Position numbers and translations under genes: made by a program. A stretch of 32,000 nucleotides of DNA, from NCBI GenBank assembly GCA_934613415.1, contig CAKTSY010000005.1:1-32000 (forward strand). The letters are read 5' to 3'. How positions within the stretch are numbered: position 1 is the first letter of the stretch; the number at the start of each line of letters is the position of its first letter. Under the pieces are notes generated by a model, which made no database searches, was not told where the DNA came from, and was given only the letters and a program-made list of their open reading frames with translations. The DNA is from an uncultured Opitutales bacterium. Its GTDB lineage: Bacteria; Verrucomicrobiota; Verrucomicrobiia; Opitutales; Intestinicryptomonadaceae. Shown one piece after another: positions 8,972 through 17,617 of this stretch.

Positions 8972-9940
8972 TTATTTCGACATTTCCAACATCTTTTCGA
9001 TGGGCTTGCGCGCCTTTTCGATAACCTCGGGCGACAATTCAATTTTAGGCTCTAGGTTTTTAAGGCATTCCAACAATTTTTCGGGGGTGTTGCGCACCAT
9101 ATTGCGGCACTGCTGGCAAAGCTTGCCCGACGATGGAGCCGCAATGAAGGTTTTGTCGGGAACTTCCTTTTGCAGACGGTGTATCATTTCTACAACCGTT
9201 GCAATTATGAATTTGTCGGACTTGCTTTCCCTGCAGTAGGCAATCATCTTTTCGGTGCTGCAAACACAGTCGGCAACGTCTCTTACCGCCTTTGGGCATT
9301 CGGGGTGGCAAATAATGGGAGCATTGTCGAACGCCCTTTTCGTCTCCAAAAGCTCTTCGGGCTTATACTGAACGTGCGCCCAGCAATAGCCGTTCCACAA
9401 AATCATATCCCTGCCCGTCTGCTCTATAATCCACGAACCCAAATGCTGGTCGGGGCAAAAAATAATCTTTTGGTTTTTGTCTATCTTTTTTACCAAATCA
9501 AGCGCGTTGCCGCTTGTGCAAATTATGTCGCTTAGGCATTTTACTTCGGCCGAACAGTTTATATACGACATTACAATGGCATCGGGGTGCTCTTTTTTAA
9601 GCATTGCCAGCTCTATCGGGTCGCACAACTCTTCAAGCGAACAGCCCGCAGCTTTGTCGGGCAACACAACGGTTTTTTCGGGGTTTAAAATTTTGGCGGT
9701 TTCCGCCATAAAGTCTACGCCTGCAAAAGCGATAACATCGGCGTCTACCTTTTTTGCCGCTCGCGACAAGCCCAAAGAATCGCCGACAAAGTCGGCCACG
9801 TCTTGAATTTCGCCCGAAACGTAGTTGTGCGCCAAAATTACGGCGTTGCGTTCTTTTTTAAGGCGCAAAATTTCCTTTTGCGTTTCGGTAAGCTCTTTTT
9901 TTGCCTGATTTTTGTAGGGCGGATATACTATGGCTTTCAT
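8972..9940 (-). CDS. nadA: Quinolinate synthase
   Basis: Motifs ILAHNYV..DFVGDSL and HPECP are typical of NadA. The supplied ORF extends to a TTG at 9982. The ATG at 9938-9940 (MKAIVYPPYK) gives a family-typical length of 322 aa and is preferred. Confidence 0.9.
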   Translation of the reverse strand: MKAIVYPPYKNQAKKELTETQKEILRLKKERNAVILAHNYVSGEIQDVADFVGDSLGLSRAAKKVDADVIAFAGVDFMAETAKILNPEKTVVLPDKAAGCSLEELCDPIELAMLKKEHPDAIVMSYINCSAEVKCLSDIICTSGNALDLVKKIDKNQKIIFCPDQHLGSWIIEQTGRDMILWNGYCWAHVQYKPEELLETKRAFDNAPIICHPECPKAVRDVADCVCSTEKMIAYCRESKSDKFIIATVVEMIHRLQKEVPDKTFIAAPSSGKLCQQCRNMVRNTPEKLLECLKNLEPKIELSPEVIEKARKPIEKMLEMSK

Positions 9941-10095
9941 TGTGTTAAATAAGGCAAATAATCTTAACAAGACACCCCACAAGTCAAATAAATAATTTGT
10001 TTATTAAGGCTTGAAAAAATCGCAGTCTAAGCTAATGTTATCGGAAAATTATTTGTTAATTTTAACATCAACAACAATAAAAGCACTATCGTATA

Positions 10096-11289
10096 ATGAA
10101 ACTAAAAACATTCCCTATATTTTTGGCGTTCCTGTGTATGGGCTTCGGCGATGCCGTTGCAACCTTTGTAGGAAAGGCAAAAGACACCTTTAACCTTACC
10201 AATTTCGAAGCCCAGCTGGTCTCTTTTATGGGCTTTATTATGTTCGGTTTGCTTTCGGTGCCAATGGGCACTTTGCAAAACAAAATCAGCAAAAAGAACA
10301 CTTTGCTTATAGGTCTTTTGCTTGCGTTTGTAGGCGTTGTTTTAGTTCTTATAATGGGCGTTCATAGCTATGCCGTGTTCCTTACGGCGGTTCTGCTTTT
10401 GGGCGCGGGTGCCGCAATTTTGCAGGTTGCAGGCAACCCCATTATGCGCGACGTTTCCGAAGAAGGCAGCTATTCTAGCAATCTTTCGTTGGGGCAGTTT
10501 ATAAAGGCAATAGGTTCTAACACAGCCCCCATAGTGTTCTTTGTTTTGGCATTGCTTGCAGGAGCAAAGGCAACGGGCTCGGCAGAAGCCGAAGCCGCAA
10601 AAAGCACCTTTGAGTGGGACTTGGTATTCGCCATTTTTGCTGTTGGCTTTGCGGCTACTATGCTTGCCGTATTTAAGCTAAAAATTAAGGAAACTAAAAG
10701 CGAAAGCACGGTTACTGTAGGGTCATGCATCTCTCTTTTGGCAAACCCCTATGTTTTGGCAATGGTTGCAGGCATATTCGTATATGTAGGTGCCGAAAAC
10801 TGCATATCAAACGGTATGCCCATCTACTTTACCTCGAAATTCGGCGTAGCAAGCGACTTGGCCACCCAATATGTAACATACTTTTTCTTGGCGATTATGG
10901 CCGCCCGCTTGGCTGGAGCTGCAATTTTGCGCGCAATAAAACCCAAAACATTTTTGATAATAAGCGCGGCGGTTTCGTTGGCAGGCTTTGCAATGCTTTT
11001 GCCCGAAAACAAAATCCTTACAACGGTTGCATTGTTTGTTATAGCTTTGGGCTATGCAAATATGTTCCCCCTTATATTTTCGATGGCAATCGACAAAATG
11101 CCCAGCAAGGCTAACGAGCTTTCGGGCCTTATGGTAACGGCAATTGTAGGCGCGGCAATTTTGCCCCCCGCAATGGGCTATGTTGCAGACGCTACAAAAA
11201 GCAACCTTATAGGCTTTGTTGTTCCCTTTGCCGCAATGGTATACATTTTGCTTTTGTCGCTTTTTGTAAGCGACAAGAAAGCCGAATAG
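10096..11289 (+). CDS. MFS sugar transporter (FucP/GluP-like)
   Basis: 397 aa and polytopic. The N-terminal pattern resembles the fucose/glucose-galactose permease subfamily. It lies 25 nt upstream of a ROK sugar kinase. Substrate not determinable. Confidence 0.7.
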   Translation: MKLKTFPIFLAFLCMGFGDAVATFVGKAKDTFNLTNFEAQLVSFMGFIMFGLLSVPMGTLQNKISKKNTLLIGLLLAFVGVVLVLIMGVHSYAVFLTAVLLLGAGAAILQVAGNPIMRDVSEEGSYSSNLSLGQFIKAIGSNTAPIVFFVLALLAGAKATGSAEAEAAKSTFEWDLVFAIFAVGFAATMLAVFKLKIKETKSESTVTVGSCISLLANPYVLAMVAGIFVYVGAENCISNGMPIYFTSKFGVASDLATQYVTYFFLAIMAARLAGAAILRAIKPKTFLIISAAVSLAGFAMLLPENKILTTVALFVIALGYANMFPLIFSMAIDKMPSKANELSGLMVTAIVGAAILPPAMGYVADATKSNLIGFVVPFAAMVYILLLSLFVSDKKAE

Positions 11290-11314
11290 TTTTTTAAAAT
11301 TTAACTTTTTAAAT

Positions 11315-12424
11315 ATGAATTACGAAAACGACAAAAGAGTTGTTCTTACCCTCGACGCAGGCGGCACAAACTTTGTGTTTGTTGCAATGCAAGGCGGCAA
11401 GAAAATAGGCGAATCGGTAAGGCTGCCCGCCGAACCAAAAAACCTCGACAAGAGCATTGCCGCAATGAAACAGGGCTTTAGAACCCTTATCGACAAATTG
11501 GGCGTTCAGCCCTCGGCAATAAGCTTTGCGTTCCCCGGCCCTGCCGACTACCCGCGCGGCATAATTTACAACGTTGGCAATTTGCCCGCCTTTGCAGGCG
11601 GCGTAGCCCTAGCCGACGTTCTTAAAGACGAATTTAAAGTTCCCGTATTTATAAATAACGACGGCGACTTGTTTGTATACGGCGAAGCCATTGCAGGCCT
11701 GTTGCCGCAGGTAAACAAGGCGTTGGAACAGGCAAAAAGCAGCAAACGCTACACAAAGCTTTTTGGCGTTACTTTGGGCACGGGCTTTGGCGGCGGCCTA
11801 GTTGCCAACGGCGAGCTTTACATTGGCGACAATTCAAACGCGGGCGAAGTTTGGCTTTTAAGAAACCGCGTTCGTAGCGACTGCTTTGCCGAAGAAGGCG
11901 CATGCATTAGAGCCGTGCAAAAGGCGTATACAAAGCGCGCAAATTTAAGCGACTACAAAGCGCTTAGCCCCAAGCAAATCGAAGACATTGCCCTCGGCAA
12001 AATGGAAGGCAACAAGCAAGCTGCCATAGACGCCTACAACGAAATGGGCGTTGTTATTGGCGATGCGCTTTCTACGGTGGCAACTTTGTTAGACCCGCTT
12101 ATCGTTATAGGCGGCGGGCTTTCGTACGGGCACAAATTGTTTATGCCCGCAGTTATAAAGGAAATGAACGGCACAATTAAAAATTACGACGGCAAAGACT
12201 TTGCAAGACTAGCCCAAGTTGCCTTCAACCTTGAAGACCCTGCCCAATTTGCCCAATTCCTTAAGGGCGAAGAAAAGGAAATATCGGTATACGGAAGCGA
12301 CAGAAAAATTTCGTACGACCCCTTAAAGCGCATAGGCATTGGCGTTTCAAGACTCGGCACAAGCGAGGCCGTTGGCATTGGCGCCTACGCCTTTGCATTG
12401 AACAAAATCGACAAGGGCTTGTAA
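11315..12424 (+). CDS. ROK-family sugar kinase (putative glucokinase)
   Basis: 369 aa. Motifs: ASKHA phosphate-1 DAGGTNF, INNDGDLFVYGE and LGTGFGGGLV..G..AGE. The canonical ROK His plus CxCGxxGC zinc motif is not visible. Confidence 0.75.
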   Translation: MNYENDKRVVLTLDAGGTNFVFVAMQGGKKIGESVRLPAEPKNLDKSIAAMKQGFRTLIDKLGVQPSAISFAFPGPADYPRGIIYNVGNLPAFAGGVALADVLKDEFKVPVFINNDGDLFVYGEAIAGLLPQVNKALEQAKSSKRYTKLFGVTLGTGFGGGLVANGELYIGDNSNAGEVWLLRNRVRSDCFAEEGACIRAVQKAYTKRANLSDYKALSPKQIEDIALGKMEGNKQAAIDAYNEMGVVIGDALSTVATLLDPLIVIGGGLSYGHKLFMPAVIKEMNGTIKNYDGKDFARLAQVAFNLEDPAQFAQFLKGEEKEISVYGSDRKISYDPLKRIGIGVSRLGTSEAVGIGAYAFALNKIDKGL

Positions 12425-12448
12425 TATATAGCAACCTAAAAATAAAAA

Positions 12449-12481
12449 GGTCTTTGGCAAATTGCCAAAGGCCTTTTTTTT
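12449..12481 (+). terminator. Rho-independent terminator after the transporter-kinase operon
   Basis: 10-bp stem GGTCTTTGGC pairs with GCCAAAGGCC (one G-U pair) around the loop AAATT, followed by 8 T. Confidence 0.8.
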
Positions 12482-12518
12482 GCGGTTTATTTGCCGCAAA
12501 TTTTACAGTTTAAAAAGC

Positions 12519-12550
12519 AAAAAAATGCGCCGCATTAAAAACGCGGCGCA
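12519..12550 (-). terminator. Rho-independent terminator after pta
   Basis: 8-bp GC-rich stem TGCGCCGC (12526-12533) pairs with GCGGCGCA (12543-12550). The plus-strand run of 7 A at 12519-12525 gives a T run on the minus strand. Confidence 0.75.
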
Positions 12551-12575
12551 CAAAAAGAAAGTTGCATATATATAC

Positions 12576-13613
12576 TTATTCGTCGGGGAACAAATATTTG
12601 CGGTCTACCGCCTGCGCTGCAACAATAACGGCCGTGCCGTAGATATCGTTTACGGTTGCGCTTCTGGAAATTTCGGCGGCGGGCTTTTGCAAACCCGTAA
12701 GTATTTGCCCGTAATAGCTCATTTGCGGGTTGGTAAGAATACTCATTCTAACGGCCAAATTGCCCGCGTTTAGGTCGGGGAAAATCAGCACGTTTGCAGA
12801 ACCCGCAACCGAAGAATTTACCCCCTTAAACTGCGCGTAGTTTTTGCTTAGGGCAACGTCTATCTGCAATTCGCCGTCTACTTCAAAGTCGAGGTTTTCG
12901 CGCACTACCCTTTCGTGCAACAAGCTGGCTGCCGCCTTCATCTTTATAACGTTCGGGTTTCTGGATGTGGCAGACTTGGAAGAATAGCTTAAAAACGCAA
13001 CCTTCGGCGTTTTGTTTGTTATGTGCTTTGCCAAATTTGCGGTTGTATAGGCAATGTCGCAAAGTTGGTCTTGGGTAGGTTCGGGTATAACGCCGCAGTC
13101 TGACATAAACAGGCAGCCTTCGGTGCCGAACTCGGGGTTTTTTGTGTCTAAAATTATTATCGAAGAAACGCTTTTAACGTTTTGCTGCATTGGTATTAGC
13201 TGCAACATTGGCCTTAGCGCGCTAGACGACGCCAAAGTAGCCCCCGAAACCATTGCATCGGCCCTCGAGGTTAAAAGCATCATTGTGGCATAGTAGTTGT
13301 GGTTTGCCAGTATTTCGGCAGAATCGGTATCGCCCAGTTTCTTAAAGCGGCGTATGCCGTCGAATGCCTTTAAAATTTCGGGATAATCGTCCGATTTTAG
13401 GGGGTCTATAACGCCAATGCCGTCCATTCTTACATCGTTGGCGGCGGCCAATGCCGATATTTCGGCTTTGTCGCCCAACAGAATGGGAACGCCCAATTTG
13501 CGCGTTGCAAACTGGCGCGCCGCTTTTATTATACGAATGTCGTTGCCTTCGGGGAACACCACTCTTTTTGGGTGGTTTTGCAACCTTACCGATAATGTGC
13601 TTAAAACTGGCAT
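12576..13613 (-). CDS. pta: Phosphate acetyltransferase (short form, catalytic domain only)
   Basis: 345 aa. The motif MVSGATLASSSALRPMLQLI and the overall pattern are typical of the Pta/Ptb family. No ackA is adjacent. Acetyl versus butyryl specificity is not resolvable. Confidence 0.8.
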   Translation of the reverse strand: MPVLSTLSVRLQNHPKRVVFPEGNDIRIIKAARQFATRKLGVPILLGDKAEISALAAANDVRMDGIGVIDPLKSDDYPEILKAFDGIRRFKKLGDTDSAEILANHNYYATMMLLTSRADAMVSGATLASSSALRPMLQLIPMQQNVKSVSSIIILDTKNPEFGTEGCLFMSDCGVIPEPTQDQLCDIAYTTANLAKHITNKTPKVAFLSYSSKSATSRNPNVIKMKAAASLLHERVVRENLDFEVDGELQIDVALSKNYAQFKGVNSSVAGSANVLIFPDLNAGNLAVRMSILTNPQMSYYGQILTGLQKPAAEISRSATVNDIYGTAVIVAAQAVDRKYLFPDE

Positions 13614-13720
13614 ATTTGCTTTCTTGTCTTGTAAATTAAGGTTAATTTGCGCCTATGAAAACAAAAATTTTTGCTTTTGTAAAGCACCAAAGACCGCGCA
13701 AATGCAAAGCTGCAAAAAAA

Positions 13721-15784
13721 TCAGTAGTTTGTTGTGTACAAATCCTTGTCTACACACTCAATAAAACGGCTTGGCTCGCACATATCGAATGCGCCGTTTT
13801 TCATTACCGTGCGCGGATACGCAATGTATAGCAAGTCCATTGCCCTTGTGCAGGCAACATAAAAAAGCCTGCGCTCTTCGTCTACGTCGCCGTCTTCTAT
13901 GCAACGCTCTAGAGGGAAAAGCCCGTCGCTAGCTCCTATTATAAATACCGCCTTAAATTCAAGCCCCTTTGCCTGGTGAATGGTCATCATTCTAACGCAG
14001 TCGGGCTTTTGCTGCGAACCGTTTTCAGCCTCAGATATTTCAAGCGATGCGCTTTCCAAAAAGCCCGAAACGCTGTTAAAGCGGCTGGCGTATTCGGCAA
14101 GGGTATCGAAATCGTCTACCCTTTCGTCCCAATTTTCGTACTCGCTTTTCATTGCCGCTATATACCATTCGGGGCACGCCATTTTTATTATCTGCGCCAT
14201 TTTTATGTCGGAATAGTCGTCGCCTTTTTGGGGATCCGGTTGGCTTTCAAAAAGGTCGCCTTGTACGGCTTTTTGGGGCACACTTTCTTTTTTGCCGTCG
14301 AAAGCGCGTATTGCAGAATATATTTTAAATACGCTTTCTGCTATCTGAACAAAGCCTTCTTTTGCCTTTTTCGGCACGCTTGCCAGCACGCTGTCGGCAA
14401 GCATTGCCTCGGCAAACGGCATAGAATTTTTTTCGGCATAATCTGCTGCTTTATCGAAAATCTTTTGCGCGCTTTTTTGCCCTATTCCGCTAAGGAACCT
14501 TATAAAGCGCGAAAACGAGATAAAATCTTTCGGGTTGCTTGCAAATCTTAAAAGAGATACGGCGTCTTTAATGTGCGCATATTCAAAAAATTTAAGACCG
14601 CTTGTAATTACAAAGGGTATTGCATCGCGCTGCATAACAAGCTGCATTTCCAGCGCGTGCCTGTGCGCCCTATACAAAATTGCAATGTCCGAAAATTTGC
14701 ACGGGGCGTTTGCCCCATACGTTAAATCTCTAATTTTGTCAGCAACAGCAATGGCCTGACCGCGGGCGTCCATTGCCCTTATTATGTGGGGCTTGCCCAA
14801 ACGATCTCTTATCGGGCTAAGCTGCTTTTCGTATATGCCAAACTGCGGCATTGCCCTTAAAACATCGTTTGCAAAGGCCAAAATTTCGGGCGTGCTTCGG
14901 TAGTTGTCTTCTATCTTAAACACCTTTGCGTTTTCGTAGCGTTCCTTAAACGACAATATGTTTTCTATATTCGCACCGCGCCATGTGTATATGCACTGGG
15001 CGTCGTCGCCAACCGCGCTTATGCGCTTTTGCTCCGAAAGCTTGTCTAAAATTTCCGACTGCAAAAGGTTTGTGTCTTGATATTCGTCTACCAAAACATT
15101 GCCGAATTTGTGCGAATATTTTTCGGCAAGCTCGGCATTTGTGTTCAGCGCGCGCAAAAAGAAAACAAGCAGATCGTCGAAATCCAAAATATTGTTTTTA
15201 AGCTTTGCGCTTTCGTAGGCGGCGGCAATTTTGGCGATGTCGTCGGGCGAGCACTCTAGCCAGCTAAACTTGTCGTACATAGATTGCTGATAGCTTTTAA
15301 GCGTGTTTGCGCTATAGCTTATTATTTCCTTTAAAAGCTTTGTTTTGGGGTTTCGCTTATCCGAAAAAAATCTCGGAAACTCGCTTTCTACCGTAGCTTT
15401 TAAAAGCTTTTCGGAATCTTCTGCATCGGCAATCGAAAACGACGAATCCAAGCCCAAATTTTGCCCCTCTATCCTTAAAAAACGCGCCGCAACCGAGTGG
15501 AAAGTTCCGCCCCAAAAAGCGTTGGCTGGCACCCCCGTAATCAATTCCGTGCGCTGCAACATTTCGCGAGCCGCCTTGTTTGTAAAAGTAAGCAGCAAAA
15601 GCGAGCTTGGCATTAGCGAATATTGCGCCATTAAATAGGCAATGCGGTATGTAAGTGTGCGCGTTTTGCCGGAACCCGCGCCTGCAAGCACCAAAGCGGG
15701 GGCGTCGGGCGGGCACGAAACCGCCTGAAGCTGGCTATCGTTCAGCTCTTTTTCGAAGTCCGGAACTTTCCGCAACACGGCCAC
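13721..15784 (-). CDS. UvrD/PcrA/Rep-family SF1 DNA helicase
   Basis: 687 aa. Motifs: Walker A AGAGSGKTRT, motif II VDEYQDTN, TIHQAKGLEF and YVACTRA. No ATG lies upstream of the conserved LNDSQLQAV, so the start is probably GTG at 15782-15784, 6 nt after the aroQ stop. Confidence 0.9.
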   Translation of the reverse strand: MAVLRKVPDFEKELNDSQLQAVSCPPDAPALVLAGAGSGKTRTLTYRIAYLMAQYSLMPSSLLLLTFTNKAAREMLQRTELITGVPANAFWGGTFHSVAARFLRIEGQNLGLDSSFSIADAEDSEKLLKATVESEFPRFFSDKRNPKTKLLKEIISYSANTLKSYQQSMYDKFSWLECSPDDIAKIAAAYESAKLKNNILDFDDLLVFFLRALNTNAELAEKYSHKFGNVLVDEYQDTNLLQSEILDKLSEQKRISAVGDDAQCIYTWRGANIENILSFKERYENAKVFKIEDNYRSTPEILAFANDVLRAMPQFGIYEKQLSPIRDRLGKPHIIRAMDARGQAIAVADKIRDLTYGANAPCKFSDIAILYRAHRHALEMQLVMQRDAIPFVITSGLKFFEYAHIKDAVSLLRFASNPKDFISFSRFIRFLSGIGQKSAQKIFDKAADYAEKNSMPFAEAMLADSVLASVPKKAKEGFVQIAESVFKIYSAIRAFDGKKESVPQKAVQGDLFESQPDPQKGDDYSDIKMAQIIKMACPEWYIAAMKSEYENWDERVDDFDTLAEYASRFNSVSGFLESASLEISEAENGSQQKPDCVRMMTIHQAKGLEFKAVFIIGASDGLFPLERCIEDGDVDEERRLFYVACTRAMDLLYIAYPRTVMKNGAFDMCEPSRFIECVDKDLYTTNY

Positions 15785-15790
15785 TTTTGC

Positions 15791-16225
15791 CTATTCAATG
15801 CTGGCTATAAAATCCAGGGCAGCCGTATATCCGTACGAACCCATACCGCTGATAACGGCAACGCATTTTGCCGCGGTTAAAGATTCGTGCCTAAAATCTT
15901 CGCGCTTGTAGATGTTCGAAATATGCACTTCAACAAACTTCATTGTAGAGCCTGCAATGGCGTCTCGCAACGCAACGCTTGTGTGGGTAAACGCCCCAGG
16001 GTTTATTATGCAATATTCAACGCCCATATCGGTATAGTCTTCGATATGGTCTATAATGTCGCCTTCGTGGTTGCTTTGGAAATCCAAAATCTCGCAGCCT
16101 ATCGAGGCGGCATATTTTTTCAGCGACTCTATAATGTCGTCTAGGGTTTCGCTTCCGTAAATTTCGGGCTCTCTTTTGCCGAGCCTGTCGAGATTTACAC
16201 CGTTGATTACCGCTATCTTTTTCAT
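15791..16225 (-). CDS. aroQ: 3-dehydroquinate dehydratase, type II
   Basis: 144 aa. Motifs NGVNLDRLGKREPEIYG and HISNIYKREDFRHES are hallmarks of type II DHQase. Confidence 0.9.
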   Translation of the reverse strand: MKKIAVINGVNLDRLGKREPEIYGSETLDDIIESLKKYAASIGCEILDFQSNHEGDIIDHIEDYTDMGVEYCIINPGAFTHTSVALRDAIAGSTMKFVEVHISNIYKREDFRHESLTAAKCVAVISGMGSYGYTAALDFIASIE

Positions 16226-16230
16226 AATTG

Positions 16231-16989
16231 TTAAATGGTATTATTTGTCTTTATAAATTTATGTTCAAGCCCGAATTTTTCGGCACAAATTTTCGCCAGA
16301 TTTTGCACGCCAAAAACTTCGCTACAATAGTGCCCGCAAGAATACAGGTTAATTTTGTTGTCTCTGGCGTATATATAATGGTGCTCTTTTAGCTCGCCCG
16401 TAATAAAGGTGTCGCAATTTAGGGCTTTTAAGTCGCCTATAAAATCGCCCGCGCCTCCCGAGCAAATTGCAACGCTTTTCGGATTTTTAGAGCCGAATTC
16501 GAAAGCCTTTAAGGTGTTAGGGAATATCTTTTTTAGCGAAGCCGAAAGCTGTGCCCTGCTTTTTTTGCCGCAACCGCACAAATAGCCGATTTCAATACCC
16601 ATACACTCGAAACACGCCTGCTTTACCTGCAAACCCAGCAACTTTGCAATAGAGGCGTTGTTGCCGAATTCCGCGTTTGCGTCTAGCGGCAAGTGGCACG
16701 AATACACCGCCAAATTGCCGTCTATTAAAGTTTTCACAATCTCGTAGTTTAGGTTTGTAAACGGGGTTTTCTTGTCCCAAAAAAGACCGTGGTGCACAAA
16801 AAGCAAATCCGCCTTCATTTTTACCGCCTGCTTTATCTCGAAAAGCCCAGCGTCTACCGCGCACGCAATTTTCGATACTTTGCCCGAATTTTCGCACTCA
16901 AGCCCGTTCAGCGCGTTGGGGTAGTCTACGGTGCAGCGTATGTTTAAGATTTTGTCGGCGTATGTCGTTATTTCCTTTAGATTTGCCAT
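16231..16989 (-). CDS. Nif3-family dinuclear metal-centre protein (YbgI/YqfO-like)
   Basis: 252 aa. It has the motifs FVHHGLFW and HLPLDAN, and its length is typical of the short NIF3 form. Confidence 0.8.
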   Translation of the reverse strand: MANLKEITTYADKILNIRCTVDYPNALNGLECENSGKVSKIACAVDAGLFEIKQAVKMKADLLFVHHGLFWDKKTPFTNLNYEIVKTLIDGNLAVYSCHLPLDANAEFGNNASIAKLLGLQVKQACFECMGIEIGYLCGCGKKSRAQLSASLKKIFPNTLKAFEFGSKNPKSVAICSGGAGDFIGDLKALNCDTFITGELKEHHYIYARDNKINLYSCGHYCSEVFGVQNLAKICAEKFGLEHKFIKTNNTI

Positions 16990-17115
16990 ACCTAAATTTC
17001 AAAAAACACGCTCTTTTTTGCAAGAAAATTTTGGGCAAAATAAGCGCATTTAAAACTTTACAAGCAAAATCGCCCTGCTTTATTTTCGAACAAAACCCAC
17101 AAATAATAGAATATT

Positions 17116-17616
17116 ATGAAGAATATAAAACCCGAAGAGATTTCGAAGAACCCCGTAAATTTAATAGGCAAAGGCTGGATGCTAATATCGGCGGGCGACA
17201 GAAAGTCGTTCAACGCAATGACGGCAAGCTGGGGCGGCCTAGGCTTTATGTGGAACAAGCCCGTTGCAATTGCAATGGTAAGAACAAACAGGCATACCTT
17301 TAAATTTTTAGAGGAAAAGGAATTTGCGACATTGTCGTTCTACGACGAAAAATACCGTCCGCAACTGAAGATGTTCGGGTCTACTTCGGGAAGAGATATA
17401 GACAAAACCGCGGCAAGCGGCTTTACCGCGCAGTTTACCGAAAACGACGCTCCCTACTACAAAGAGGCAAACCTTGTTTTGGAATGCAAAAAGCTGTATT
17501 CGCAAATGCTCGAAAAGCAAAATTTTGCAGACGCCCACATTCCCGAATTGTGGTATGCAAAAGACGATTTTCACAAAATGTACTACTTTGAAATTGTAAA
17601 CGCATTCGAGTTGTAA
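17116..17616 (+). CDS. Flavin reductase-like (FMN-binding split-barrel) protein
   Basis: 166 aa. The motif NAMTASWGGLGFMWNKPV is typical of the flavin reductase-like domain family. Confidence 0.7.
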   Translation: MKNIKPEEISKNPVNLIGKGWMLISAGDRKSFNAMTASWGGLGFMWNKPVAIAMVRTNRHTFKFLEEKEFATLSFYDEKYRPQLKMFGSTSGRDIDKTAASGFTAQFTENDAPYYKEANLVLECKKLYSQMLEKQNFADAHIPELWYAKDDFHKMYYFEIVNAFEL

Positions 17617-17617
17617 G

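Noticed and set aside
9941-9982. TTG-initiated N-terminal extension of nadA (MWGVLLRLFALFNT). The helicase has a similar extension at 30204-30236 (MDINLKAKKIK).
   Set aside because: Both extensions start at TTG (read from the DNA: CAA on the plus strand). Internal ATGs give family-typical N-termini with the A/T-rich leader seen at other genes. The extensions cannot be strictly excluded without experimental data.
12462-12773. 103-aa plus-strand ORF spanning the glk-pta intergenic region
   Set aside because: It starts inside the terminator hairpin of the upstream operon, runs through the pta terminator and continues antisense into pta. The two terminators explain this DNA better.
13976-14551. 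191-aa plus-strand ORF. The same reasoning applies to 19186-19626, 21246-21734, 29314-29913, 2710-3105, 27356-27754 and the many 60-140-aa ORFs in the track.
   Set aside because: All are nested antisense or out of frame within genes that have strong family motifs (UvrD-like, serS, fumA, the helicase, tkt, pyrB). None has a recognisable motif or its own start context or terminator.
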